This document shows positions 1 to 7,012 of a stretch of 39,231 nucleotides of DNA, piece by piece (within the stretch, counting starts at the first letter, position 1; the number at the start of each line of letters is the position of its first letter). Source of the stretch: a virus; the IMG/VR virus record IMGVR_UViG_3300045988_060233, one strand, 5' to 3'. The translations under genes were made by a program, and so were the position numbers. Under the pieces are notes generated by a model. It was not told where the DNA came from. It did no database searches and worked only from the letters and a program-made list of their open reading frames with translations.

Positions 1-99
1 ATTCCCTATAACATTGGCGCTAACGCTTACGCCAGCAATCCCGTCTGGTACAACGGCGGAGACAATAAAAACGGAGAAAGCAAACTCGCCAAAAAAAAC
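1..99. repeat. Terminal direct repeat (circular-closure overlap), identical to 39133-39231
   Basis: Base-by-base comparison of both ends; both end in A8-C. Confidence 0.95.
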
Positions 100-693
100 T
101 TTTTTAACACCGATGGCCGTTTCAAAATTGCAGAGTATATGCACTTTTGCTCCAAACTGCTTGTCAAAGAGCCGAAGGAACGCGGCAAGGCTCCGGCCAT
201 GATTGTGTTCTGCGCGTTTGAGCAGATGCAGGAAATTACCGAATGGGGAAAAAAGTATGGGTTCATGAAGTCCTACCCGCTATTTTTCGTAAAAAACTAC
301 TCGGCCCAGGTGCTCAAAGCAAATATGCGTATCGTAGGCGCTACCGAGTTTGCTGTCGTGCTCTACCGCGACAAGCTCCCAAAATTCAACGGCGGCGGCC
401 ACATGGTCTATAACTGGTTCGAGTGGCGGCGCGATTCCGGCAGGGAGTATCCAAAAATCCACCCCACCCAAAAGCCGGTAAACCTGTTGAAACGCCTGAT
501 TGAAATTTTCACAGACCCCGGCGACGTTGTGATTGACCCATGCGCCGGTTCCGGCTCCACGCTCCGCGCCGCCTATGAATGCGGGCGCGACAGCTACGGT
601 TTTGAGGTTGACCGCAGGTTTTACGCCCTAGCCAAAGAAAAAATGCTCGACTTTTCCCAAGAGCAAATGAAGTTGGAGCAAATCGCAACATGA
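1..693 (+). CDS. DNA methyltransferase, beta-class N6A/N4C type, 3' part (continues from 39049 across the junction)
   Basis: Frame 1 is open from base 1 (IPYNIG...). HPTQKP and VIDPCAGSGST (motif I) lie downstream of the DPPY-like DIPY (motif IV); order IV then I indicates beta class. Stop at 691-693. Confidence 0.8.
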   Translation: MPYNIGANAYASNPVWYNGGDNKNGESKLAKKNFFNTDGRFKIAEYMHFCSKLLVKEPKERGKAPAMIVFCAFEQMQEITEWGKKYGFMKSYPLFFVKNYSAQVLKANMRIVGATEFAVVLYRDKLPKFNGGGHMVYNWFEWRRDSGREYPKIHPTQKPVNLLKRLIEIFTDPGDVVIDPCAGSGSTLRAAYECGRDSYGFEVDRRFYALAKEKMLDFSQEQMKLEQIAT

Positions 694-716
694 AAAAAAC
701 AGAGGAAGTGTAACCT

Positions 717-1046
717 ATGAAAGCCAGACTTCATCCCACCCCGGCCATGCAGAAGGCCATAGACGCTTATGCAGAATCTAAAATTCAGGGCATCCAGAGC
801 CGTGCGCAGGAAGCTGTCATGAAGGAGCGCAACGACATTGCAACCCGCGCCACCTATCTGTGTCTGCTGGCGTGCTATCAGGTCTGTCTTTCTCCCCGCA
901 CCCTGAAACGGATTCAGAATGCAATGACAGGCCCCGTTGCTGATAAATACAATGAGTACCGCAATGACCAGCTTGCCGACCTCTGGGCGCAGGTAACGTT
1001 GCAAAGCATCGGCATTGAAGCACCCCAAACAAAGGAGCCGCTATGA
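717..1046 (+). CDS. Hypothetical protein (109 aa)
   Basis: ATG with GAGGA upstream; stop overlaps the next start (ATGA). Confidence 0.55.
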   Translation: MKARLHPTPAMQKAIDAYAESKIQGIQSRAQEAVMKERNDIATRATYLCLLACYQVCLSPRTLKRIQNAMTGPVADKYNEYRNDQLADLWAQVTLQSIGIEAPQTKEPL

Positions 1047-1330
1047 CCACAACAAAATTCTGCAAGACCTGCGGGAAAATTATGTGGGACGTCCAGCCCA
1101 CAAAGCGCTATTGCGATACCTGCATCCGCAAGCGAAATATCAAAAGCGCGCAGGCATCCTACCAGCGCCGCAGGGATGCCGGTGTTTTGAAAAAAGGCAA
1201 GAAACCCGCTGCACATCCCGCCCTGAAGAAAACCATAAAACCCATTGAACAATGTACCCGCGAAGCCGCCGCCCTGGGCATGACCTATGGGCAGTATGTA
1301 ACCCGCGGGCTAGATAAGGAGTGTTTGTAA
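1043..1330 (+). CDS. Hypothetical zinc-ribbon protein (CxxC...CxxC)
   Basis: AAGGAG 6 nt upstream. CKTCG...CDTC motifs. TAATG coupling to the next gene. Confidence 0.6.
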   Translation: MTTTKFCKTCGKIMWDVQPTKRYCDTCIRKRNIKSAQASYQRRRDAGVLKKGKKPAAHPALKKTIKPIEQCTREAAALGMTYGQYVTRGLDKECL

Positions 1331-1665
1331 TGGGGCTTGATATTACAGTCTGCCGCTACCATACGGAAAAATGCCCGCACTGCGGCAAGCCAATCAAAGG
1401 CACAATCCGCGACCAGGTAGATTCTTGTGGCCGTTTCTGGGGAGAGTATCTCGAAAAAATCGGCTATTCTGTGCCATACGAAATCCGCGAGAAAGAACCG
1501 GAACGCGATTTTTACGGAAAAGACATGACACTAACAACGGAACAGGCAAAACGGCTTGCTGCGTTTGCCAAAGTATACGAACTATACAACTGGGCAATCA
1601 TTGCTGAGCTTGTAGATTGTGCCATAGAAAACGGAGATTTTGTAGTTATCAATGCAGATTGGTAA
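1330..1665 (+). CDS. Hypothetical protein (CPHCG motif)
   Basis: ATG 1330 preceded by AAGGAG (1315-1320). The track start at 1321 is GTG with no spacing to the SD. Confidence 0.55.
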   Translation: MGLDITVCRYHTEKCPHCGKPIKGTIRDQVDSCGRFWGEYLEKIGYSVPYEIREKEPERDFYGKDMTLTTEQAKRLAAFAKVYELYNWAIIAELVDCAIENGDFVVINADW

Positions 1666-1676
1666 GGAGTGAGACT

Positions 1677-2060
1677 ATGGACGTATTAGAGTACGAAAAG
1701 GCACGCATTCGGATGTGTCGCACGATGATTCTAAAAGAGGGCGGGTGCGAAGCCGGCCCGTTGTTCAATGGCTTAAAACGCAGATGCGGGTTTGCCGCAT
1801 CTATTGCCGAAAATATGGATGAGAATGCAATCAGAAAGAATATTGACATCGTAATTAAGTGGGCAAAAGACCACCACGTCAAGACTAGACAGAGTGAGTT
1901 CTTGAAGATGTTCCCGAATGCACCAATAGATGAAGATGATGGAATTTTGTGTATTAGACCTTGCAACGTTGATGAAAGCATTGGATGCACAAATGAAAAA
2001 GGATGCGATGGCTGCAGGCGCAAATACTGGCTCACGGAGGTAACCGACAATGAAAATTAA
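1677..2060 (+). CDS. Hypothetical Cys-rich protein (127 aa)
   Basis: ATG 1677 after AAGGAG (1664-1669), in frame with track ORF 1617..2060. Confidence 0.55.
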   Translation: MDVLEYEKARIRMCRTMILKEGGCEAGPLFNGLKRRCGFAASIAENMDENAIRKNIDIVIKWAKDHHVKTRQSEFLKMFPNAPIDEDDGILCIRPCNVDESIGCTNEKGCDGCRRKYWLTEVTDNEN

Positions 2061-2223
2061 ACTCAAGCGTTGCCCATTCTGCGGTTCTACAGCCGGGTTA
2101 TATGAAAGCTATGACGGTATGTATGTAGTGCAGTGCAACTACTGCAGCATCGGAACTATCCACATGAAAAACAAGCAGGACGCAATTGAGTTGTGGAATC
2201 GCAGAACGGAGGTGACCCCATGA
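2050..2223 (+). CDS. Lar-family restriction-alleviation-like zinc-ribbon protein (57 aa, not in ORF track)
   Basis: GGAGGT 9 nt upstream. Translation MKIKLKRCPFCGSTAG...VQCNYCS...DAIELWNRRTEVTP matches the CPFCG...C..C...A...WNRR pattern of Lar-type proteins. Confidence 0.7.
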   Translation: MKIKLKRCPFCGSTAGLYESYDGMYVVQCNYCSIGTIHMKNKQDAIELWNRRTEVTP

Positions 2224-2224
2224 C
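2212..2224 (+). repeat. 13-nt direct repeat GTGACCCCATGAC (copy 1), spans a start codon
   Basis: Exact copy at 2436-2448. Confidence 0.9.
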
Positions 2225-2420
2225 CATTATTCTTGTTATCGCCGCCGTCTGTGTTTACGACCTGTGCGGCCTGCTCGCCGTCCTGTACATCAACCACACA
2301 GACCGAATGGACACCGTAGACGGCGCAGACAACGTTATTGTCCTTATTTTCTGGCCGCTACTTGTCGTAACCCGAAGCGGCATTGCATGTTATAGAATCA
2401 TAATGAGGCTTCTAAAATGA
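2220..2420 (+). CDS. Small membrane protein (66 aa, two hydrophobic segments)
   Basis: ATG 2220 (ATGA overlap with the Lar-like stop). GGAGGTG 7 nt upstream. Hydrophobic sequence IILVIAAVCVYDLCGLLAVL. Confidence 0.55.
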   Translation: MTIILVIAAVCVYDLCGLLAVLYINHTDRMDTVDGADNVIVLIFWPLLVVTRSGIACYRIIMRLLK

Positions 2421-2435
2421 ATTCTACCCCAGGAT

Positions 2436-2448
2436 GTGACCCCATGAC
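2436..2448 (+). repeat. 13-nt direct repeat GTGACCCCATGAC (copy 2), spans a start codon
   Basis: Exact copy of 2212-2224. Confidence 0.9.
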
Positions 2449-2593
2449 AAAACAGCAACTAGTTGATGAATACGCCCGCAAACATCTTTGCGCAACGTGT
2501 GAGTGGAAGAATGACAATATTTGCACGCTGCCGCGCTGCATGAAAATGGAAGAAAGGAGCAAAAATGAGAGAAAGACCGCTCAACCTAGATGA
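2444..2593 (+). CDS. Small Cys-rich protein (49 aa, not in ORF track)
   Basis: ATG lies inside the duplicated initiation sequence. CATCEW...CTLPRC. Weak SD; overlaps the next gene. Confidence 0.35.
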   Translation: MTKQQLVDEYARKHLCATCEWKNDNICTLPRCMKMEERSKNERKTAQPR

Positions 2594-2954
2594 ATATGGA
2601 ATTTCAAAAGAAAGATACCTTGAATTAAAGCACTTTTGCAAAAGATACGCTGAAATGCGGTTGGAAATTGCTAGCGCAAGAGGGCTTGATTCGGTTTCAA
2701 ATGACGGTTTGCCGCACGGAAACGGAAAGTCAGACCCAACAGCTAGAAAGGCGGACAGAGCGCTAAAGTTAAGCACAGATGTCCGAATCATTGAGGACGC
2801 GGCAAGAGAAGCAGACCCTTTAAACTGGTGTGCTCTGTTGAAAAATGTAACAGAGGGGACGGCTTACGAATACCAGCCTGTGCATTGCGGCAGGCGGCAG
2901 TTTTACGAAAGCAGAAGAAAATTTTTCTGGCTTTTGGACAAGAAAAAAGGGTAA
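2565..2954 (+). CDS. Putative late-gene transcriptional activator (sigma region-4-like / RinA-ArpU-type)
   Basis: AAGGAG 5 nt upstream. C-terminal RRQFYESRRKFFWLL resembles region-4-type HTH ends. Sits immediately upstream of the packaging module. Confidence 0.4.
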   Translation: MRERPLNLDEYGISKERYLELKHFCKRYAEMRLEIASARGLDSVSNDGLPHGNGKSDPTARKADRALKLSTDVRIIEDAAREADPLNWCALLKNVTEGTAYEYQPVHCGRRQFYESRRKFFWLLDKKKG

Positions 2955-3052
2955 CTGTGGGGATGTTGTCAAGTGGTATTATGAATATGCTGGGAACTGT
3001 AAAGAGGGTACATTACAGTTCATAGCAAAACCTCCTATTCTCGATACTGACA

Positions 3053-3077
3053 GCCGGGAAAGACCGGCATTTTATTT
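3053..3077 (+). terminator. Weak intrinsic terminator-like hairpin
   Basis: GCCGG/CCGGC stem (3053-3057/3064-3068), 6-nt loop, then ATTTTATTT. Confidence 0.4.
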
Positions 3078-3270
3078 GCTGCATAGCCAGCCGCAAACTT
3101 GGCCTGACAAGTCAATACGGCAAGGGCGCTGCGCTCCGCAAGCTACGGCGTGGCAAAGGTGCAAGACCTATGTGCAGTACCAGAGGGCAGGGTCGCAACC
3201 TGTCTGTGTGAGCGGGCGCGGTATCCCTCACAAATGATGACAATGGTCGTGCAAACGGCAAGCCGCACAT

Positions 3271-3328
3271 GCCCTTGTAGCTAAATGGCAATAGCCTTGG
3301 TGTGCCGGTTCAAGTCCGGCTGAGGGCA
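3271..3328 (+). ncRNA. tRNA-like element lacking an anticodon arm (acceptor + D arm + T arm, 58 nt)
   Basis: Acceptor stem 3271-3277/3321-3327. D arm GCTA-AATGGCAA-TAGC. T arm GCCGG-TTCAAGT-CCGGC. Only 8 nt where the anticodon and variable arms belong. Discriminator A; no CCA. Confidence 0.55.
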
Positions 3329-3688
3329 CATGCTGGGTCGCTCCCACCGGTGAAAGCCCGGCGCAGGCAAAACGCGATAGATAACCTGAACGCTGTAAGC
3401 AAAGCGGCAAGCCGATCAGGAGCGCGGCGCGATGGCAGGTCGCAACGGGACTTCGAGAGCCTGAAAAAATCTGCCCGGCATCTGCTTGTGCGGACTCCGT
3501 TACTGACGCAGTTACGCATCGCCGAAACCAATAACATCAAAGCAGAGACCGCGGGTAAGCGCGCGGAATACAAGTGCTGCTGAATTACGTTGCGGATTTA
3601 CTCCCCGCAACGGGTGAGGTCGGCACAGCATACACCGACAGGGCGGGAACGCGCTTTTCCTCCGGCGCAAAGGGATTTTGGGGGATAT

Positions 3689-3716
3689 AAGCCTACACAA
3701 ATTGTGTGGGCTTTTT
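3689..3716 (+). terminator. Intrinsic terminator ending the non-coding locus
   Basis: GCCTACAC/GTGTGGGC stem (one G-U) followed by TTTTTGTGTT. Lies just upstream of the terS SD. Confidence 0.7.
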
Positions 3717-3739
3717 GTGTTGTAAAACGAGGGGATAAA

Positions 3740-4165
3740 GTGGCATCAAGAAAAAATCCGGTGGGCGCACCACCTAAATACAGAAGCGTAAAGGCAATGC
3801 AAGAAAAGATTGATGCCTACTTTGAAGCCTGCAAAGGACAGCCGTTCTTAGACGATAACGGCGAACCAATGCGAAATAAAAACGGCTATATCATCTATGA
3901 CGATAAAAAGCCGCCTACTGTGACAGGATTGGCGCTTGCGCTTGGTTTTGCATCAAGGCAGGCGCTTTTGAATTACCAAAATAAACCAGAGTTCAATGAC
4001 ACGATTACGCGTGCAAAGACCCGTTGTGAACAGTACGCCGAAGAAAGACTGTATGACAAAGACGGCTCCGGCGGCGCACAGTTCAGCTTGCGGGCAAATT
4101 TCGGATGGCAGGATAAGCCGGAACAACAGCAGGATAGCGAGGTGCTAATCATAGATGACTTGTAA
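3740..4165 (+). CDS. terS: Terminase small subunit
   Basis: GTG 3740 after GAGGGG. PPKY...YF..C...PTVTGLALALGF.SRQ.L..Y...F...I.RAK...E...FSLRANFGWQD pattern. Directly upstream of terL. Confidence 0.7.
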   Translation: MASRKNPVGAPPKYRSVKAMQEKIDAYFEACKGQPFLDDNGEPMRNKNGYIIYDDKKPPTVTGLALALGFASRQALLNYQNKPEFNDTITRAKTRCEQYAEERLYDKDGSGGAQFSLRANFGWQDKPEQQQDSEVLIIDDL

Positions 4166-5426
4166 GCTATCGGGGATTGTTTCCCCTTGCTTCTCCAAAG
4201 TCCACCGTGAAATCAAGGCAGGCAATGTAAAAGAGCTTGTCGCAAAGGGCGGACGCGGCGGTACAAAATCCAGCTATATTAGCATAGAGCTAATTTTGCA
4301 GCTGCTAAAGCATCCGCAATGCCACGCGGCGGTTTTCCGCAAGGTCGGAAACACACTGCGCACAAGCGTGTATGCGCAAATCGTTTGGGCTATCAATGAG
4401 CTTGGATTGCACGACAATTTTCGTTGCACAGTCTCCCCGATGGAATGCACCTATTTGCCAACAGGGCAAAAGGTGCTTTTTTTCGGTGTTGATGACCCCG
4501 GCAAGGTAAAGTCAATCAAAGTGCCGTTTGGTTATATCGGTATCTGCTGGTTTGAAGAGCTTGACCAGTTTGACGGTGAAGAACAAATCCGAAACGTTGA
4601 ACAGTCCTGCCTACGCGGCGGTGACTGGTTCATTACGTTCAAGAGCTTCAACCCGCCAGCAATGGCGCGGAACTGGGCAAACGGCTACGCACTGAAAGCC
4701 CGAGATGGAAAGCTGATACATCATAGCACCTACAAAACAACGCCCGCAGAATGGCTCGGAGAGCGGTTTATGGCCGATGCGGAATATTTGCAGCGCACAA
4801 ACGAAACAGCCTACCGACACGAGTATCTGGGCGAGGTTGTAGGCAGCGGCACGGCAGTATTCGAAAACCTGAAAATTCAACCAATCACAGACGAGCAGGT
4901 GAAAACATTCGACAGAATCAAGCGCGGCGTTGACTGGGGCTGGTATCCTGACCCATGGGCATACAATGCAATGCACTATGACGCAGCGCGGCGCACGCTG
5001 TACATCTTCGATGAACTGACACGGCGTAGAACCAGCAACAGGGACACTGCGCAACTGCTTTTGGATAGAGGGCTGACGCGTGAGGATAAAGTCTGCGCGG
5101 ATAGCGCCGAGCCAAAATCTATTGCGGACTATAACAAGTACGGCGTAAAGACGTTCCCAGCCCGCAAGGGGCCGAAATCGGTTCGGTATGGCACAAAATG
5201 GTTGCAAATGCTGGAAGCTATTGTCATTGACCCTGAACGTTGCCCGGACACAGCAAAGGAATTTAGCGAGTATGAATACGAGCGGGACGGCAAGACGGGA
5301 GAAGTGCTGGAAGGCTACCCGGATTTGAACAACCACCACATTGACGCAGTGCGGTATGCGATGGAGAGCACAGCGAACAAGGCGGGAGACACCGCCGAAA
5401 CCAGATACAAGAGCATTTTCGTGTAA
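4155..5426 (+). CDS. terL: Terminase large subunit (PBSX/XtmB-like)
   Basis: Walker A-like GGRGGTKS. FFGVDDPGKVKSIK...WFEE motif. 423 aa. Confidence 0.85.
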   Translation: MTCKLSGIVSPCFSKVHREIKAGNVKELVAKGGRGGTKSSYISIELILQLLKHPQCHAAVFRKVGNTLRTSVYAQIVWAINELGLHDNFRCTVSPMECTYLPTGQKVLFFGVDDPGKVKSIKVPFGYIGICWFEELDQFDGEEQIRNVEQSCLRGGDWFITFKSFNPPAMARNWANGYALKARDGKLIHHSTYKTTPAEWLGERFMADAEYLQRTNETAYRHEYLGEVVGSGTAVFENLKIQPITDEQVKTFDRIKRGVDWGWYPDPWAYNAMHYDAARRTLYIFDELTRRRTSNRDTAQLLLDRGLTREDKVCADSAEPKSIADYNKYGVKTFPARKGPKSVRYGTKWLQMLEAIVIDPERCPDTAKEFSEYEYERDGKTGEVLEGYPDLNNHHIDAVRYAMESTANKAGDTAETRYKSIFV

Positions 5427-5441
5427 AGGCGGTGAGAAGAC

Positions 5442-6827
5442 GTGAAAACATACCAAGATTTTGTAGCGGTTGGCGAGGACGAAAAGGCCCGCATGAGTTT
5501 CATACTGGGCGCAATCAATGAGTATAAGGCCGACCATACCACACGCCTTGCAGCGAACGCAAACAAGTATTACCACGGAGAAAACCCTACAATCAACAAA
5601 TACGAGAAAATCATTTACGACATGCAGGGCAAGGCGCACCGTGACATGTACACGGCAAATCACAAGATTGCAAGCAAGTTCTTTGGCTTGGCCGTAGACC
5701 AAGAAGTTTCGTATTTGCTGGGCAACGGCGTTTCATTTCAGGAGCCGGAGACAAAAAAGGCGCTGGGTGCGACGTTTGACGAAGATATTATGGACGCTGC
5801 CCGCCATGCTTTGATTGACGGGCAGTCTTTCGTGTTTTGGAATCTCGACCATGTGCAGGTGTTCGCAGCAGAGGAATTTGTTCCCCTGTACGACGAGGAA
5901 GACGGCTCCATTAAAGCCGGAATCCGTTTCTGGCAGGTGGCAGACAACAAGCCGCTGCGCACCACGCTGTACGAGCTTGACGGCTACACAGAGTACCTAA
6001 AGCCCAAGAGCGATGATATGGCAATTCTCAAGCCGAAACGCGCTTACAAGTTGAAGCTGCGCACCAGCGAGGCAGACGGCACAGAAATTTATGACGGTGA
6101 GAACTATCCGGGATTTCCCATTATCCCGCTGAAAAACGGCGAGCAGGCCCACAGCGAGCTACAGGGGCGACAGAATACCATTGACGCGCTCGACCTTGCA
6201 AGCTCCAACATGGTAAACAACGTTGACGAAGGCAACCTGATTTTCTGGGTTCTGACCAACTGCGGAGGCATGGACGAGCAGGACGATACAAAGTTCATTG
6301 AGCGTCTGAAAACGACCCATGTCGCCCATGCTGACGGTGACGAGGGCGCAAAGGCCACGCCACAGAGCATCGAAGCTCCGTTCCAAGGCACGCAGGCGAC
6401 TATTGATATGCTCACCAAAAAGTTATACGAGGACTTTCAGGCCTTTGATTCTGCCGCTGTCAGCGCTGGCAACCAAACTGCAACGGCCATCAAGGCCAGT
6501 TATGTGCCGCTTGACCTGAAAACGGACAAGTTTGAAAGCTGCGTGACGCGCTGCATCAAGGGCATTTTGGCGGTTGCCGGGCTTGATGACGATCCGACAT
6601 ACACGCGCAACCAGATTATCAACAAGCAGGAAGAAGCACAGACAGTGCTACTCGGCGCAGAATACTACGATGATGAGTACATCACCAAAAAGCTGCTGAC
6701 CATTAACGGTGATGCTGACCAGTACGAAGATTTGATGAAGCGAAAGGCGGCAGAGGAACTTGAAAGAACCAAAAATCCCGATTTCGTTACACCTATGGAG
6801 AGAAATGAGCCGAATGGAACAGAATAA
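5442..6827 (+). CDS. Portal protein (SPP1 gp6-like)
   Basis: 461 aa, positioned after terL. Acidic C-terminus. GTG start after GGTGAG. Confidence 0.75.
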   Translation: MKTYQDFVAVGEDEKARMSFILGAINEYKADHTTRLAANANKYYHGENPTINKYEKIIYDMQGKAHRDMYTANHKIASKFFGLAVDQEVSYLLGNGVSFQEPETKKALGATFDEDIMDAARHALIDGQSFVFWNLDHVQVFAAEEFVPLYDEEDGSIKAGIRFWQVADNKPLRTTLYELDGYTEYLKPKSDDMAILKPKRAYKLKLRTSEADGTEIYDGENYPGFPIIPLKNGEQAHSELQGRQNTIDALDLASSNMVNNVDEGNLIFWVLTNCGGMDEQDDTKFIERLKTTHVAHADGDEGAKATPQSIEAPFQGTQATIDMLTKKLYEDFQAFDSAAVSAGNQTATAIKASYVPLDLKTDKFESCVTRCIKGILAVAGLDDDPTYTRNQIINKQEEAQTVLLGAEYYDDEYITKKLLTINGDADQYEDLMKRKAAEELERTKNPDFVTPMERNEPNGTE

Positions 6828-6999
6828 GGAATATTCCATCCGCATTGACGGAATAAAACCGATGGATTTTACCATTACTCCGGTTTACGCGGATGACAAC
6901 ATCCCGGAAAAAGAACTGAAACGGCTTGACCATTTTGAAATTTCCGGGAGACTTCCAGCTGATTGCAAATGGGAGCTTTACACCCGTGAAAAAATCTGA
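6814..6999 (+). CDS. Small hypothetical protein (61 aa)
   Basis: ATG 6814, 11 nt after GGAGAG. Fills the gap between portal and MuF gene. Start uncertain (6805 also possible). Confidence 0.4.
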   Translation: MEQNKEYSIRIDGIKPMDFTITPVYADDNIPEKELKRLDHFEISGRLPADCKWELYTREKI

Positions 7000-7012
7000 T
7001 TACGCTCACAAA

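Larger units (their letters stand above)
3080..3716 (+). ncRNA. Candidate large structured non-coding RNA (boundaries approximate)
   Basis: No SD-preceded ORF. Overlapping Arg/Ala/Cys-rich ORFs on both strands. 14 GCAA tetranucleotides by hand count. 12-bp long-range helix 3126-3137/3419-3430. Hairpin 3588-3595/3605-3612. Embedded tRNA-like element. Own terminator at 3689-3716. Confidence 0.45.

Noticed and set aside
2828-3025. 65-aa track ORF spanning the end of the regulator gene into the non-coding region.
   Set aside because: It overlaps the better-supported 2565..2954 gene out of frame and has no SD. It runs through an 8-bp-stem hairpin (2995-3020).
3228-3700. Track ORFs 3228..3410(-), 3302..3583(+), 3310..3573(-), 3512..3700(-) and the 5' extension of 3590..4165 as protein genes.
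   Set aside because: They overlap one another on both strands and lack Shine-Dalgarno sites. They translate to Arg/Ala/Cys/Pro-rich low-complexity strings and sit in a GC-rich, hairpin-dense interval. terS is better started at GTG 3740, after GAGGGG and downstream of a terminator.
4611-5702. Long antisense ORFs: 4611..5702(-) 363 aa, 6875..7630(-), 10566..11840(-) 424 aa, 20021..21568(-) 515 aa, 22511..23146(-), 25741..26610(-) and 28998..29993(+) 331 aa.
   Set aside because: Each lies opposite a gene with recognisable family motifs (terL/portal, MuF, capsid, collagen-like fibre, endolysin, integrase) or opposite an SD-supported cargo gene with no assignable family (25747..26523). Their translations are Arg/Cys/His-rich with no SD. 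This is typical stop-poor antisense frames of GC-rich coding DNA.
6760-7012. Longer versions of the portal-proximal genes: 79-aa ORF from 6760, and MuF starting at TTG 6926.
   Set aside because: The 6760 start lies inside the portal gene with no SD. The TTG 6926 extension overlaps the small ORF and adds a non-conserved-looking leader. ATG 6814 and ATG 7013 give non-overlapping, better-spaced genes. Start choices remain uncertain.
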